Below, piece by piece: positions 1 through 8,486 of a stretch of 42,621 bases of DNA (position 1 is the stretch's first letter; each line of letters begins with the position of its first letter). The notes under the pieces were generated by a model. That model was not told the origin of the DNA and did no database searches. It saw only the letters and a list, made by a program, of their open reading frames with translations. The position numbers were made by a program, and so were the translations under genes. Source of the DNA: a virus; IMG/VR virus record IMGVR_UViG_3300043681_000019, positions 1-42,621 of that record. One strand, 5' to 3'.

Positions 1-127
1 GATTGTGGCGGGCGAGGCGGACACGCGAAGCGTGTCGGCCGCCGCGGGCACGACGCCGAGCTGTAGTTGGACAGATACGGCGGTGAGCAGTTGGGCCGCC
101 GTCCTCGTCGCCTTCAAGGCGGCGGCC
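1..127. repeat. Terminal direct repeat, copy A (identical to 42495-42621)
   Basis: Base-by-base comparison of the two window ends shows 127/127 identity. Confidence 0.95.
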
Positions 128-1240
128 CCACCCCCGCCCCTCTCGACCTATCAAACGCGCGTGTTGGCGGATGGCGCATCCGCCTACTGGCCGCTCGATG
201 ATCCGGCAGGCAGTACAGCCGCCCGGGACCTGGCGGGCACCCGTCATGCCCCGATCGCCGGCCCGGTGACGGTCAACCAGCCCGGCATCGGATCGTCCCG
301 CGCGATGACGTTCGCTGTGCCGGGGCAACTCCTGCCGCCCAGCCTGCCGGTGGCCGCCCCCGCCATCACGCTCGAAGCGTGGGGCTATACCACGACGCCG
401 AGTGGCTCCAACATGGGGATCATTACCGCCGAGATTTTTTTCGGCGGGGAATACATCTGGGAACGCCGCGATGATCTCCCGACGACATTCCGACTGACGT
501 ACCACAACGGGACCGCCGTGCTCACGTTCAGCGTGACCGTGCCGCCGGCCCCGACGCTCGGCGCGTGGGTCCATATGGCGGTCAGCGCCAGTGTCGCGAT
601 GGGCGTGCAGTTCTATGTGCAAGGCGTCCCCATCGGGACAGCACAGGCGCTCGCGGCGATGGGGGGACCAGGGGGTGGACCACGGGCGCTCGCCGCGTTT
701 CACGATGACCCGCGCTCGTGGATTGGCTCGCTCCAAGACATCGCTATCTATCCGCGCGTCTTGACGGCCACGGAGATTAGCCAACACTACACGCTGCGCC
801 TGACGCCCGATGTGCCGCCGGCCGCGCCCGTCTCCACCGCCCAGGCGCGCGGCCGCACGGATGCGGCCGGCACGCTGAAGGTCAGCACGGTCACGGCCGG
901 GGCGCTCGGCCCGCCGCTCGCGTTCAGTAATACCCGCGTGCGGATGAACGCCGATGGCAGCCTCGTGACGACCACGACGACGCCCGGCGCCCTCGGCCCG
1001 CGCGTCGCCCTCACCAACGCCCGGGTCCGCACCGATGCGACCGGCGCGCTCCTCGTGGCCGTGGTCGCCGCCGGCGCCCTCGGCCCCATCGTCAATCTCG
1101 CCAATGCGCGCGTCCGCACCGATGCCAACGGCGCCTTGCTCGTCGCCGCGGCCACGGCCGGCGCGCTCGGGCCGGCGGTCGCCTTGCCGAATCTGCGCGT
1201 CCGGACCGATGTGAATGGCGCGCTCGTGGTGGCCACATGA
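1..1240 (+). CDS. Tail fibre / receptor-binding protein, C-terminal part (continues from 41977..42621 across the junction); LamG (Laminin_G_3-like) domain plus C-terminal 29-aa repeats
   Basis: The track ORF 5..1240 is in frame with the open frame that starts at 41977. Motifs YWPLDDPAGSTAARDLAG, ITLEAWGY, WVHMAVS, FYVQGVP and GSLQDIAIYPRVLTATEISQHY fit the concanavalin/LamG_3 pattern. GC3 is high. Confidence 0.8.
   Translation, partial: IVAGEADTRSVSAAAGTTPSCSWTDTAVSSWAAVLVAFKAAAPPPPLSTYQTRVLADGASAYWPLDDPAGSTAARDLAGTRHAPIAGPVTVNQPGIGSSRAMTFAVPGQLLPPSLPVAAPAITLEAWGYTTTPSGSNMGIITAEIFFGGEYIWERRDDLPTTFRLTYHNGTAVLTFSVTVPPAPTLGAWVHMAVSASVAMGVQFYVQGVPIGTAQALAAMGGPGGGPRALAAFHDDPRSWIGSLQDIAIYPRVLTATEISQHYTLRLTPDVPPAAPVSTAQARGRTDAAGTLKVSTVTAGALGPPLAFSNTRVRMNADGSLVTTTTTPGALGPRVALTNARVRTDATGALLVAVVAAGALGPIVNLANARVRTDANGALLVAAATAGALGPAVALPNLRVRTDVNGALVVAT
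809..1237 (+). repeat. About 4.9 tandem copies of an 87-bp (29-aa) unit at the fibre C-terminus
   Basis: Units start at 896, 983, 1070 and 1157, exactly 87 nt apart. Each encodes (A/P)GALGPxxxLxNxRVRTDAxGALLVxxxx. A degenerate copy lies at 809-895. Confidence 0.85.
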
Positions 1241-2016
1241 CCTTCCTCGATCTTTACGGCGCGTTCTTGGATCAGGAACTCGGCACGGCCGATCGCACCA
1301 CCCTGTTCACGACGGCCAAACGCAAAGCCGCGATCAACGCCGCGCAGCTCTGGTTCACGACGCAGACCGTCTGCCTGCAAACCGAGGAGTTGATTCCGCT
1401 GGTCGATGGCGTCGCCGAGTACTCGCTCGAGACGATCATCGCGACCGGCAAATATTTCGCGCTCGCGCCCGAGGGCCCGGAACTCTTCCTCACGCACGCC
1501 GACATGACCACGCTCCAGTTGGCCGGCCAGCACGACTTCCCGCGTCGCACCGAAGCGTGGCTGAACACGAGCGAACCCGGCTGGCGCTCGAGCCAGCCCG
1601 CGACGCCGACGTGCTGGTACGAGACGCTCGACGGCGCGGCGATCTTGCTCGGCCTGCATCCCCCGCCGCGCGTGCCCGTGGGCGAGACGTGGCAATTCCG
1701 CGTGCCCTACGTCATGAAGCCGGACACGATGGTGGTGGACACGGACGTGCCCTTCACCATCAGCACGATCGTCAAGACCGCCATGGAGCCGTGGCATCGC
1801 GCGCTCGGCTACTACGCCGCGCACGACCTCGAGAAGCTCCGTAAGGACCTGCCGCGCAGCGCCGCCGCGCTCGTGCAAGCACAGGCCGAAGTGGACAACT
1901 ATCTCAGCAGTCAACACGTGCCGCAGAGTGCCGTCATTCAAGTGATGCGGACCTATCGCCATCGCCGGCCGATGGACCGGACGTACGGCGCGCGATTCGG
2001 ACGGTCCCCGTGGTAG
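1237..2016 (+). CDS. Hypothetical virion protein (259 aa)
   Basis: ATGA overlap with the fibre stop. Balanced amino-acid composition. Sits in the tail module. Confidence 0.7.
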   Translation: MTFLDLYGAFLDQELGTADRTTLFTTAKRKAAINAAQLWFTTQTVCLQTEELIPLVDGVAEYSLETIIATGKYFALAPEGPELFLTHADMTTLQLAGQHDFPRRTEAWLNTSEPGWRSSQPATPTCWYETLDGAAILLGLHPPPRVPVGETWQFRVPYVMKPDTMVVDTDVPFTISTIVKTAMEPWHRALGYYAAHDLEKLRKDLPRSAAALVQAQAEVDNYLSSQHVPQSAVIQVMRTYRHRRPMDRTYGARFGRSPW

Positions 2017-2180
2017 TCCACTTCAGTTGCGGCCACGTCGTCGATCTCGACCCCAGCAAATGCGACGGGCAGCCGCGCTGCCCGACGTGTGGCCAGGGCC
2101 GCGTCACCGCCGTGCGCGTGTGGCGGCCCACGTTCACCGGATCGGTGCAGCAGCCGGAGGCGGATGATGCCGACACGTAA
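2010..2180 (+). CDS. Small Zn-ribbon-like protein (56 aa; below the track length cutoff)
   Basis: GTG at 2010 overlaps the upstream TAG. Translation: VVVHFSCGHVVDLDPSKCDGQPRCPTCGQGRVTAVRVWRPTFTGSVQQPEADDADT, with a CxH...CxxC arrangement. Confidence 0.3.
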   Translation: MVVHFSCGHVVDLDPSKCDGQPRCPTCGQGRVTAVRVWRPTFTGSVQQPEADDADT

Positions 2181-2415
2181 CCCCCTCGGCCCCACGCAAG
2201 AGGCGATTCGCATCATGGCGCTCCATCTGCCGACGGGGCGCCCGACCCCGGCGCCGGCCGCGCCCCCGCCGCCCGCGACGCCTACGGGTTCGACGCCGGA
2301 CGAAATGGTGTTGAAGAGTTTGATGGCCGCGATGGGCCACGGCGGGATCGATCATCCCGCGCATGACACGACCGTGAACGCCCTCCTCGGAGCCCTGACC
2401 CGTGGCCGCCCGTAA
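2164..2415 (+). CDS. Small Pro-rich hypothetical protein (83 aa, from the internal ATG of track ORF 2089..2415)
   Basis: The ATGATG at 2164 fills the gap between neighbouring genes. The upstream part of the track ORF is Arg/Cys-rich and looks non-coding. Confidence 0.35.
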   Translation: MMPTRNPLGPTQEAIRIMALHLPTGRPTPAPAAPPPPATPTGSTPDEMVLKSLMAAMGHGGIDHPAHDTTVNALLGALTRGRP

Positions 2416-4297
2416 GCCGACGCTCCCCACGCGGAAGGGCGGGGCCGCCGTCGGGCCGGCGATCGAACTCGTCTCGGATCTGACCGGCGGGCTCGATCGC
2501 CGATCGAACGCGACGCTCATCGGGCCCACCCGATCGCAGCGCCTGCTCAATGTCCGGACGAATGTCCCGGGCCGCTGGCATCCCCGCCCCGGCTGGGCGA
2601 CGTTCACGACCACCAACCTCGGCCCGAGCCGCGCGCAAGGCGGCAAGCGCATTTACCTCGAAGGCGTGCCCCCGTTCACGATCGTCGGCTGGGAGGGCGA
2701 TATCTACACGCCGAGCGATCTGGGGGAGTGGGACAGCCCCGTCGCGACCGGCTTCAGTCCGACGGCCTTGATTGATTTTCCCTCCGACTCGCAGATGGTC
2801 GCCGTGTTCGATGGCGTGACGCCGCCGCAATTCAGCACGGACGGCGTGAGTTGGCGCCCGCTCGGCCTCGCGGGCCCGACGAGTGCGCCCACGCTCACCG
2901 CGAGTGCCGGCGGCACGCTCATGACCGACCACGTCTACGAGGTGTCGGTCGGCTATCAAGGCGCCCTCGATAATTTCCCGAGCAATGAGGGCCCCGCCGC
3001 GACCATCACCGTGACGATGCCGAATCTCACGATCCACGTCGTCGCCGCCGCCTCCGCCGATCCGCAAGTGACACATCTGGTGATCTACGCCCGCGACGTG
3101 ACGCTTGGGGAAAGTCAACGCCGGTTCGTGACGACCGTCGTCAATCCAGGGACCGGCACGGTCGTCGTCGACCTCACGGCCAACACGTGGAGTGAAGCCC
3201 TCGAAGCGCCGACGACGCACAATCCGGCCCCGCCGCTCGAGTTCGGGCAAGTGTGGAAAGGCCGCTGGTGGGCGAAGGACCCGGTGGGCCCGGTCACGAT
3301 CCGGTTCTCGGAGATTTTTCTGCCGCAAGCCTGGCCCGTCAACTACACGATCGATCTGCCGTTCACGAGTGGCGATCACATCACGGCGATCATTCCCTAC
3401 GGGGACACGCTCGTCGTCATGGGCACGTCGAAACCGGCCTTTCTCATCGTCGGCATTGGCGTGCTCGACTTCGATGTGCGCCCGAGCGCCGGCAGTCGGG
3501 CCGGCTGCTTTGGCCCGCGCGCCTGGGATCTGGTCGGCGGGCGCATCGCCCATGCGTCGGGCGAAGGCGTGTACTTGTTCGATGGCGCCAATGATGGGCT
3601 GCTCACGACCGACCTCGAACAAGACTGGCGCGATGTCGTGGACGTGACGAGCGAACCGCAGCTCTATCGCACGCCGCTGGTCTATCACGAGGCCGAGAAG
3701 GAAGTGCGCGTCGCCGTGCCGAATCTGACGCTCTATGGGCAGCCGGGCGAGTTCGTGTTCGACCCGATCCGGACCGGCCAGGGCGTGCCCGTGTGGAGCA
3801 TGACCGACCGCGCGCTGGGCGGCTACATCAGTTGGAATGGGCCCGAGACGCGCACGGGCGATCGGGGCCGGCTGTTCAGTTGGGATCTGACGACGGGTCA
3901 GCTCCGTGAAGAAAACCTCGGCACGTCGGCCGATGGCGCCGATCTGACCGCGCAGTATCGCGGGCCGGTGTTCACGTCGGGCTTGCCGATGACGCGGTTT
4001 CTGAATCTGTATGCGGAGCATGCCGTGGCCCAAGGCGTGTTTACGCTCACGGTCACGGTGGACGAGGCGTTTGTCTGGTCGGGGACCGTCGACATCAGTG
4101 GGTTTGCGCCGACGCTGTCGGTGGCGCTGCCGTTCTTTCTCGGCATCGGCGGCCGGCGCGTGTTCCAAGTGGACCTGCCGCTGGAAGCCGAAGGCCGCGG
4201 AATTTCGGTCACGGGCGTGTACGTCGGGCAAGACAATTTCGACTGGTTCACCTACGCGTTTACGTATCTGCCCGAGCCAGCCTTGAGGGGGTTCTAA
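2402..4297 (+). CDS. Tail hub / beta-propeller-like structural protein (631 aa), possibly P22 gp10-like
   Basis: Long ORF with good composition and high GC3. Segments LLNVRTNVPGRWHPRPGW, WKGRWWAKDP..IRFSE and DTLVVMGTSKPAFLIVG recall the P22 gp10 tail-accessory pattern, from memory only. Position is between the fibre genes. Confidence 0.65.
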   Translation: MAARKPTLPTRKGGAAVGPAIELVSDLTGGLDRRSNATLIGPTRSQRLLNVRTNVPGRWHPRPGWATFTTTNLGPSRAQGGKRIYLEGVPPFTIVGWEGDIYTPSDLGEWDSPVATGFSPTALIDFPSDSQMVAVFDGVTPPQFSTDGVSWRPLGLAGPTSAPTLTASAGGTLMTDHVYEVSVGYQGALDNFPSNEGPAATITVTMPNLTIHVVAAASADPQVTHLVIYARDVTLGESQRRFVTTVVNPGTGTVVVDLTANTWSEALEAPTTHNPAPPLEFGQVWKGRWWAKDPVGPVTIRFSEIFLPQAWPVNYTIDLPFTSGDHITAIIPYGDTLVVMGTSKPAFLIVGIGVLDFDVRPSAGSRAGCFGPRAWDLVGGRIAHASGEGVYLFDGANDGLLTTDLEQDWRDVVDVTSEPQLYRTPLVYHEAEKEVRVAVPNLTLYGQPGEFVFDPIRTGQGVPVWSMTDRALGGYISWNGPETRTGDRGRLFSWDLTTGQLREENLGTSADGADLTAQYRGPVFTSGLPMTRFLNLYAEHAVAQGVFTLTVTVDEAFVWSGTVDISGFAPTLSVALPFFLGIGGRRVFQVDLPLEAEGRGISVTGVYVGQDNFDWFTYAFTYLPEPALRGF

Positions 4298-4298
4298 C

Positions 4299-5561
4299 GT
4301 GCCCGCGAGTTACCCGTCCGGCATCAAGGCGTTTCCGACTTACGCCAACGGCGATCAGGTCACGCCGACGACGATCAACGATCCGAACCTCGAAGTCACC
4401 GCGATCGAAGCGGGGCTCATCGACGGGCTCGCGCATGATCTCGTGCCCGATGCGACCAGCAATCAGCGCAGCCTCGGCACGGCCGGGCAACAATGGTACG
4501 ACCTGGTCATCAGTCACCACCTGACCGCCGGCGAACTGACGATCACGGCGAATGTGAGCGGCGAGGCCGCGTTCACGGTCATCAATACCCACGCCGCGGG
4601 GAGCGGGGCCATCATTCAAGGAGCCTCGGCCGGCGCCGGGGCGGCGCTCCGGGTGCGCGACTATCTCGGCACCGACATCGCGATCATCACCGGCGCGGGC
4701 CAACTGCAAATCGACGCCATCCTGTCCCACGGGGACATCAAGAGCGAGAGCACGCTGCACGTGACCGGCGCGGCCACGTTCAGCGGCGGCGCGGCGTTCA
4801 GCGGCGGGCTGGCGACGAGCGGGATGGCCCAACTCGAGAATGTGAGCATCACCGGCGCGATCAGCGTCAATGGGACGGCCACGTTCAACAGCCCCGTGCT
4901 CGTGCACAGCACGCTGACGGTGGAGGGGACGATCACCGCCCCCGCGATCGCGGTGAGCGGGACCCGCCCCGGCGCCTATGCGATGACGCTGACCAATACG
5001 GCCGCCACCGGCCACGGGCTCCTCGTGCAAGCCGGCACCAGTAGCGAGGACCTCCTGCGCCTGTCGAACGCCGCGGGCGTCGCACGGATGATCATCGGCG
5101 CCGTGGGGAACTTGCAGGTGTTCGATGTCCTGGTGCATCAGGGCTTGATCGTGACCGGCGCGTCGGACTTGGGGCAGACGGTGACGGTGCGCCGCGATAT
5201 CGTCTCCGATCGGCCGTATATCGTCGTGGGCACGGCGCCCGTGACGATTCATACCCTCGCGCCGCGGCATGGCTTCGATGTGGCCACGTGCCTGCTCGTG
5301 TCCGGCATTCTCGCGGGCAACGGCGACGTGTCGTTTATCGATCTGGTCCTGGCGATTGGCAATGGGTCGGCGTCGCTCCTGGCCGGCCTGAGTAAAGGGG
5401 GCGCCGGCAGCCGCGTCTATACCGTAAGTGGCAACAACATCCAACTCGTCATGGGCAACGGCAACTATCAAATCGGGACCTTGCCCCTGACGGTCGAATG
5501 TCTCGGGTCGGCGGCCGTGCTCTTGCCGACCCTCCCGGGCCCGACGCCGAGAGAGCCGTAA
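4299..5561 (+). CDS. Tail fibre / spike protein (420 aa)
   Basis: The N-terminus YPSGIKAFPTYANGDQVTPTTINDPNLEVTAIEAGL matches the widespread fibre N-terminal motif. The remainder is G/A/T/S/V-rich and looks beta-helix-like. Confidence 0.75.
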   Translation: MPASYPSGIKAFPTYANGDQVTPTTINDPNLEVTAIEAGLIDGLAHDLVPDATSNQRSLGTAGQQWYDLVISHHLTAGELTITANVSGEAAFTVINTHAAGSGAIIQGASAGAGAALRVRDYLGTDIAIITGAGQLQIDAILSHGDIKSESTLHVTGAATFSGGAAFSGGLATSGMAQLENVSITGAISVNGTATFNSPVLVHSTLTVEGTITAPAIAVSGTRPGAYAMTLTNTAATGHGLLVQAGTSSEDLLRLSNAAGVARMIIGAVGNLQVFDVLVHQGLIVTGASDLGQTVTVRRDIVSDRPYIVVGTAPVTIHTLAPRHGFDVATCLLVSGILAGNGDVSFIDLVLAIGNGSASLLAGLSKGGAGSRVYTVSGNNIQLVMGNGNYQIGTLPLTVECLGSAAVLLPTLPGPTPREP

Positions 5562-5562
5562 C

Positions 5563-5928
5563 ATGGCCAGTTCCAGTTACATTCGCAATCTGCTCACGCC
5601 GGCCTTCGAGGTCGTCGCCAAGGCGTTCGACTACGCGCTCTCGGATCTGCGCGTGGGGCGGGCGCATCCCGGCAGCTCGCTGCAAGCGCGCGGCGGGAAC
5701 CTGCAGTGGTACCCGCTGTCGGCGACGACGCCGGCGACGGCCAATGAAGAATTCTCCGTGCGTCACGGCTTGAAGTCGGCACCGTATCTGCTCGTGCCAG
5801 TGCTCGCACTTGACAGCCCCGGCGGGCAGCTCGTGCCGCTCATGGTCACGCGGCCGGCCGATAGCACGCGCGTGTACGTGGCGAGTGCGGTGACCAACGT
5901 CGTGGTCACGTTTTTCGTGGAAGGATGA
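5563..5928 (+). CDS. Hypothetical structural protein (121 aa)
   Basis: Tight spacing to both neighbours, with an ATGA overlap at 5925. Normal composition. Confidence 0.7.
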   Translation: MASSSYIRNLLTPAFEVVAKAFDYALSDLRVGRAHPGSSLQARGGNLQWYPLSATTPATANEEFSVRHGLKSAPYLLVPVLALDSPGGQLVPLMVTRPADSTRVYVASAVTNVVVTFFVEG

Positions 5929-6890
5929 CGATCATGCCCACCCCAGACGAAACGCAACGCGGGCCCGATGGGCAGCTCCGTAAATGGCAGCCCGACACGA
6001 AAAATCTGGAGGCCTTCAACTATCTCGGCCCGTCCAGTGGCTTTGCGTCCGCAGAGGAGGCCGCGCAGGCCGACCTCCAGAGTGGCCAAGGTTCGTGGGT
6101 GCCCGCGGCGTTCGGCGGCGGGATGCCCTGGTGGATGAAAGCGTTTGTCGCGACCGGGCTCGGCTCGGCCGCCGTGACCGGCTTGGGGGCGATGTTCGCG
6201 CCAGGCGCGTTTGGGGCCGGAGGCGGTGCAGGCGCTGGGGCGGGCGCCGCGGGCGCGGGCACCAGCGCGGGCCTGCCGACGGGGCTGGGCGCGAGCGCCA
6301 CGGTGGGCGGCCTGCCTCCTGCGGTCGGGACGAGTGCCACGCTCGGCGCGGCGCCCGGCCTTGGCGCAGGCGCGGGCGCGGCGAGTGCCCTTCCCAGCCT
6401 CGGCGTCGGAACGAGCGTCGGTGGGTTGCCCCCAGCGGTCGGCACGTTGACGGGGCTGGGCGCGGCCCCAATCGCGCAGACCACCATCGGCGGGCCTGCC
6501 CCCACGGGCTTCGGCACGTCGGTCCCGTCCCTGAGCCCCCCGCCAAAAAACACGTCCTCACTCGGCAGTACGCTCAGCAGCGACTTCATCAAGAACGTGC
6601 CCGCCTTGGCCGGCCTGCTCGCCACCGTCCTCGGTCGGTCCTCGGGATCGACCGGCAGTAATCCGGCCTCGGACGCCTTGAATGGCCTCGTGCCACAGCT
6701 CACCTCGCAACTGACGCAGTTGAGTCAGAACGATCTGCAACGCCGGCAAATGAGCGACCCGCTCTATGAAGCGGTGCTGCGGGGCGCGATGGGCGGCCTG
6801 CCCGTCTGGATGCGCGGCGGCAGTTCCATCAATCCGCCCAACCCGATGGCGACGCCGTCATTGACGCCACCCACCACGCCGAAGGTATAA
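5925..6890 (+). CDS. Gly/Ala-rich putative internal/ejection protein (321 aa)
   Basis: Central low-complexity region with GLGA/GGLPPAVGT repeats. Sits at the ejection-protein position of a P22-like map. Confidence 0.6.
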   Translation: MTIMPTPDETQRGPDGQLRKWQPDTKNLEAFNYLGPSSGFASAEEAAQADLQSGQGSWVPAAFGGGMPWWMKAFVATGLGSAAVTGLGAMFAPGAFGAGGGAGAGAGAAGAGTSAGLPTGLGASATVGGLPPAVGTSATLGAAPGLGAGAGAASALPSLGVGTSVGGLPPAVGTLTGLGAAPIAQTTIGGPAPTGFGTSVPSLSPPPKNTSSLGSTLSSDFIKNVPALAGLLATVLGRSSGSTGSNPASDALNGLVPQLTSQLTQLSQNDLQRRQMSDPLYEAVLRGAMGGLPVWMRGGSSINPPNPMATPSLTPPTTPKV

Positions 6891-6894
6891 CCCG

Positions 6895-8478
6895 ATGGCT
6901 GGCTACGACAGCACGATCTACGACACGCCGACGTTCACGGGGGTCCAACCCAACAAGATCCCGACCGCGCCGTGGACGCCCCCGAAGACCATCGAGGACT
7001 ATCAGAACACCCCCCCGCCGCCGCCGCCGAGCTACGCGAAGGGCCCCGGGCGGTGGATCGGCAATCAATGGGTCGAAGACTCCGTGTATCCGCCAGGCAC
7101 CGGCGGCTATCCGGCGCCGGGCGTCACTCCCGATCCGATCGCGTTTCCGCCGCCGACCGGCACGACGGGCACGACGCCCTCGGGCGCCAAGCCGAGCCTG
7201 AACCCCAAGGATGCGGCGTCGGTCGATGCGTACCTCGCGTGGATGGCGAAGCAGCCGGGCATCAATCCGTCGGTCATCAATGACCCCGGGTACTGGCGAC
7301 AGAAACTCCTGTCCGGCGAGCTCGGCACCGACGAGAGCTACATCAGCCAGCGCATGTTCCAAGCCGAAGGGGCCCCGGCCGGATCGAGTGGCACGGGCGG
7401 GCTGAACCTCGCGGGCCTGAACTTCGGCAGCCTGTTCGACGATCCGGCCGCCGCGCAGCTCATGCAACTCCTCACCGGCCGCATCAACCAGTTGACGCAG
7501 CCGATCAACGATCCGAATGCGGCGGCGGCGCAGGCGGCGATTCAAAACGCGCTGATGCACTTGACCAATCTGCCGGCACTCGCGGCGCCGACGCCCGTCG
7601 CCCCGCTCGCGGACAACTCGGGACAAGTGGCCGCGATTCTGAAGGCGCTGGAAGATCAGCGCACGTCGACCACCGGCGCGACGCAGCAGTATCGCGACAC
7701 GATCGACACCCTCGTGAAGCAGTTGAGTCTGCCGGCCTTCAGCGACGATCAACTCGCGCAACTGAAAACCGCCGCCGTCGACACGCTCAACCACGAGCAC
7801 CAGCAGGCGACCGAAAACACCGTGCGGCAGATGGGGATGCGCGGGGTCTCGCCGAGTTCGGGGCTCGTGCAAGAAGCGATCAAGAACGTCGACCAGCAGT
7901 ACCAGCAATTGAAGGCGCAGGCGCTGCAAGCGCAGAACACCAAGGAGATTGACCAGATTAACCAACGTCGCCAGCAACTCATGCAGGCGGCCTCGTCGGG
8001 ACTGGAAGCCGCCCAGGGCCAAGCGAACTTCGAGCAGAACAACATCCTCGCGCAACTGAACGCGATGATGAATGCGCGCAATCAGGACATCAACGTCCGG
8101 GGCCAATCGCTCCAAGAGCAGGCCAACCTGCAGAACTTCCTGTTGAATCAGCGCAATCAGGACCTCACGCAGACGACGACCGGCGTCACGCTCGCCCAGG
8201 CGCTGGCGCAGTTGTCCCGCGACCAGCGCAATGAACAGAACACGAATCTGAATCAGGCCGTGCAGTACGCGGGGATTCCGGTGGACCTCAGCGCGCAACG
8301 ACTCAGTCAGGCGCTGCAAGTGCTCGGCTTGGGCGCCGGCGGCACGTCGCCGAAGGATCTGTTGACGGCCCTCTCGCAAATTTCTCAGCAGGCGGGCCTC
8401 GCCAATCAACTCGGGGCCACGCAGAACGCCGGTCTCGGCGATGCCGTGGGCCGGTTGCTCGCGGGCCTGCACCTGTAA
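6895..8478 (+). CDS. Gln/Asn-rich coiled-coil putative internal/ejection protein (527 aa)
   Basis: Pro-rich N-terminus followed by about 300 aa of Q/N/L/A heptad-like sequence. The antisense 547-aa ORF is Arg-rich and is rejected. Confidence 0.7.
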   Translation: MAGYDSTIYDTPTFTGVQPNKIPTAPWTPPKTIEDYQNTPPPPPPSYAKGPGRWIGNQWVEDSVYPPGTGGYPAPGVTPDPIAFPPPTGTTGTTPSGAKPSLNPKDAASVDAYLAWMAKQPGINPSVINDPGYWRQKLLSGELGTDESYISQRMFQAEGAPAGSSGTGGLNLAGLNFGSLFDDPAAAQLMQLLTGRINQLTQPINDPNAAAAQAAIQNALMHLTNLPALAAPTPVAPLADNSGQVAAILKALEDQRTSTTGATQQYRDTIDTLVKQLSLPAFSDDQLAQLKTAAVDTLNHEHQQATENTVRQMGMRGVSPSSGLVQEAIKNVDQQYQQLKAQALQAQNTKEIDQINQRRQQLMQAASSGLEAAQGQANFEQNNILAQLNAMMNARNQDINVRGQSLQEQANLQNFLLNQRNQDLTQTTTGVTLAQALAQLSRDQRNEQNTNLNQAVQYAGIPVDLSAQRLSQALQVLGLGAGGTSPKDLLTALSQISQQAGLANQLGATQNAGLGDAVGRLLAGLHL

Positions 8479-8486
8479 CGGACCAT

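Noticed and set aside
1-127. The terminal repeat as attL/attR or a biological long terminal repeat
   Set aside because: A single ORF reads seamlessly through the collapsed junction, the real att site lies next to int at about 14.1 kb, and no host sequence flanks the ends. Assembly closure is the simplest explanation.
809-1237. Diversity-generating retroelement targeting the fibre tip
   Set aside because: No reverse transcriptase gene and no separate template repeat exist anywhere in the genome. The repeats are tandem modules within one ORF.
2282-4231. 649-aa minus-strand ORF
   Set aside because: It is antisense to the 631-aa hub-like gene and has the same Arg-rich junk composition.
4260-5564. 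434-aa minus-strand ORF; also 787..1962 (391 aa)
   Set aside because: Both are antisense to fibre and virion genes with clear motifs, and both are Arg/His/Gly-rich.
6829-8472. 547-aa minus-strand ORF
   Set aside because: It is antisense to the Q/N-rich coiled-coil gene. Its Leu/Arg-rich sequence simply mirrors the CAG/CTG-rich sense strand.
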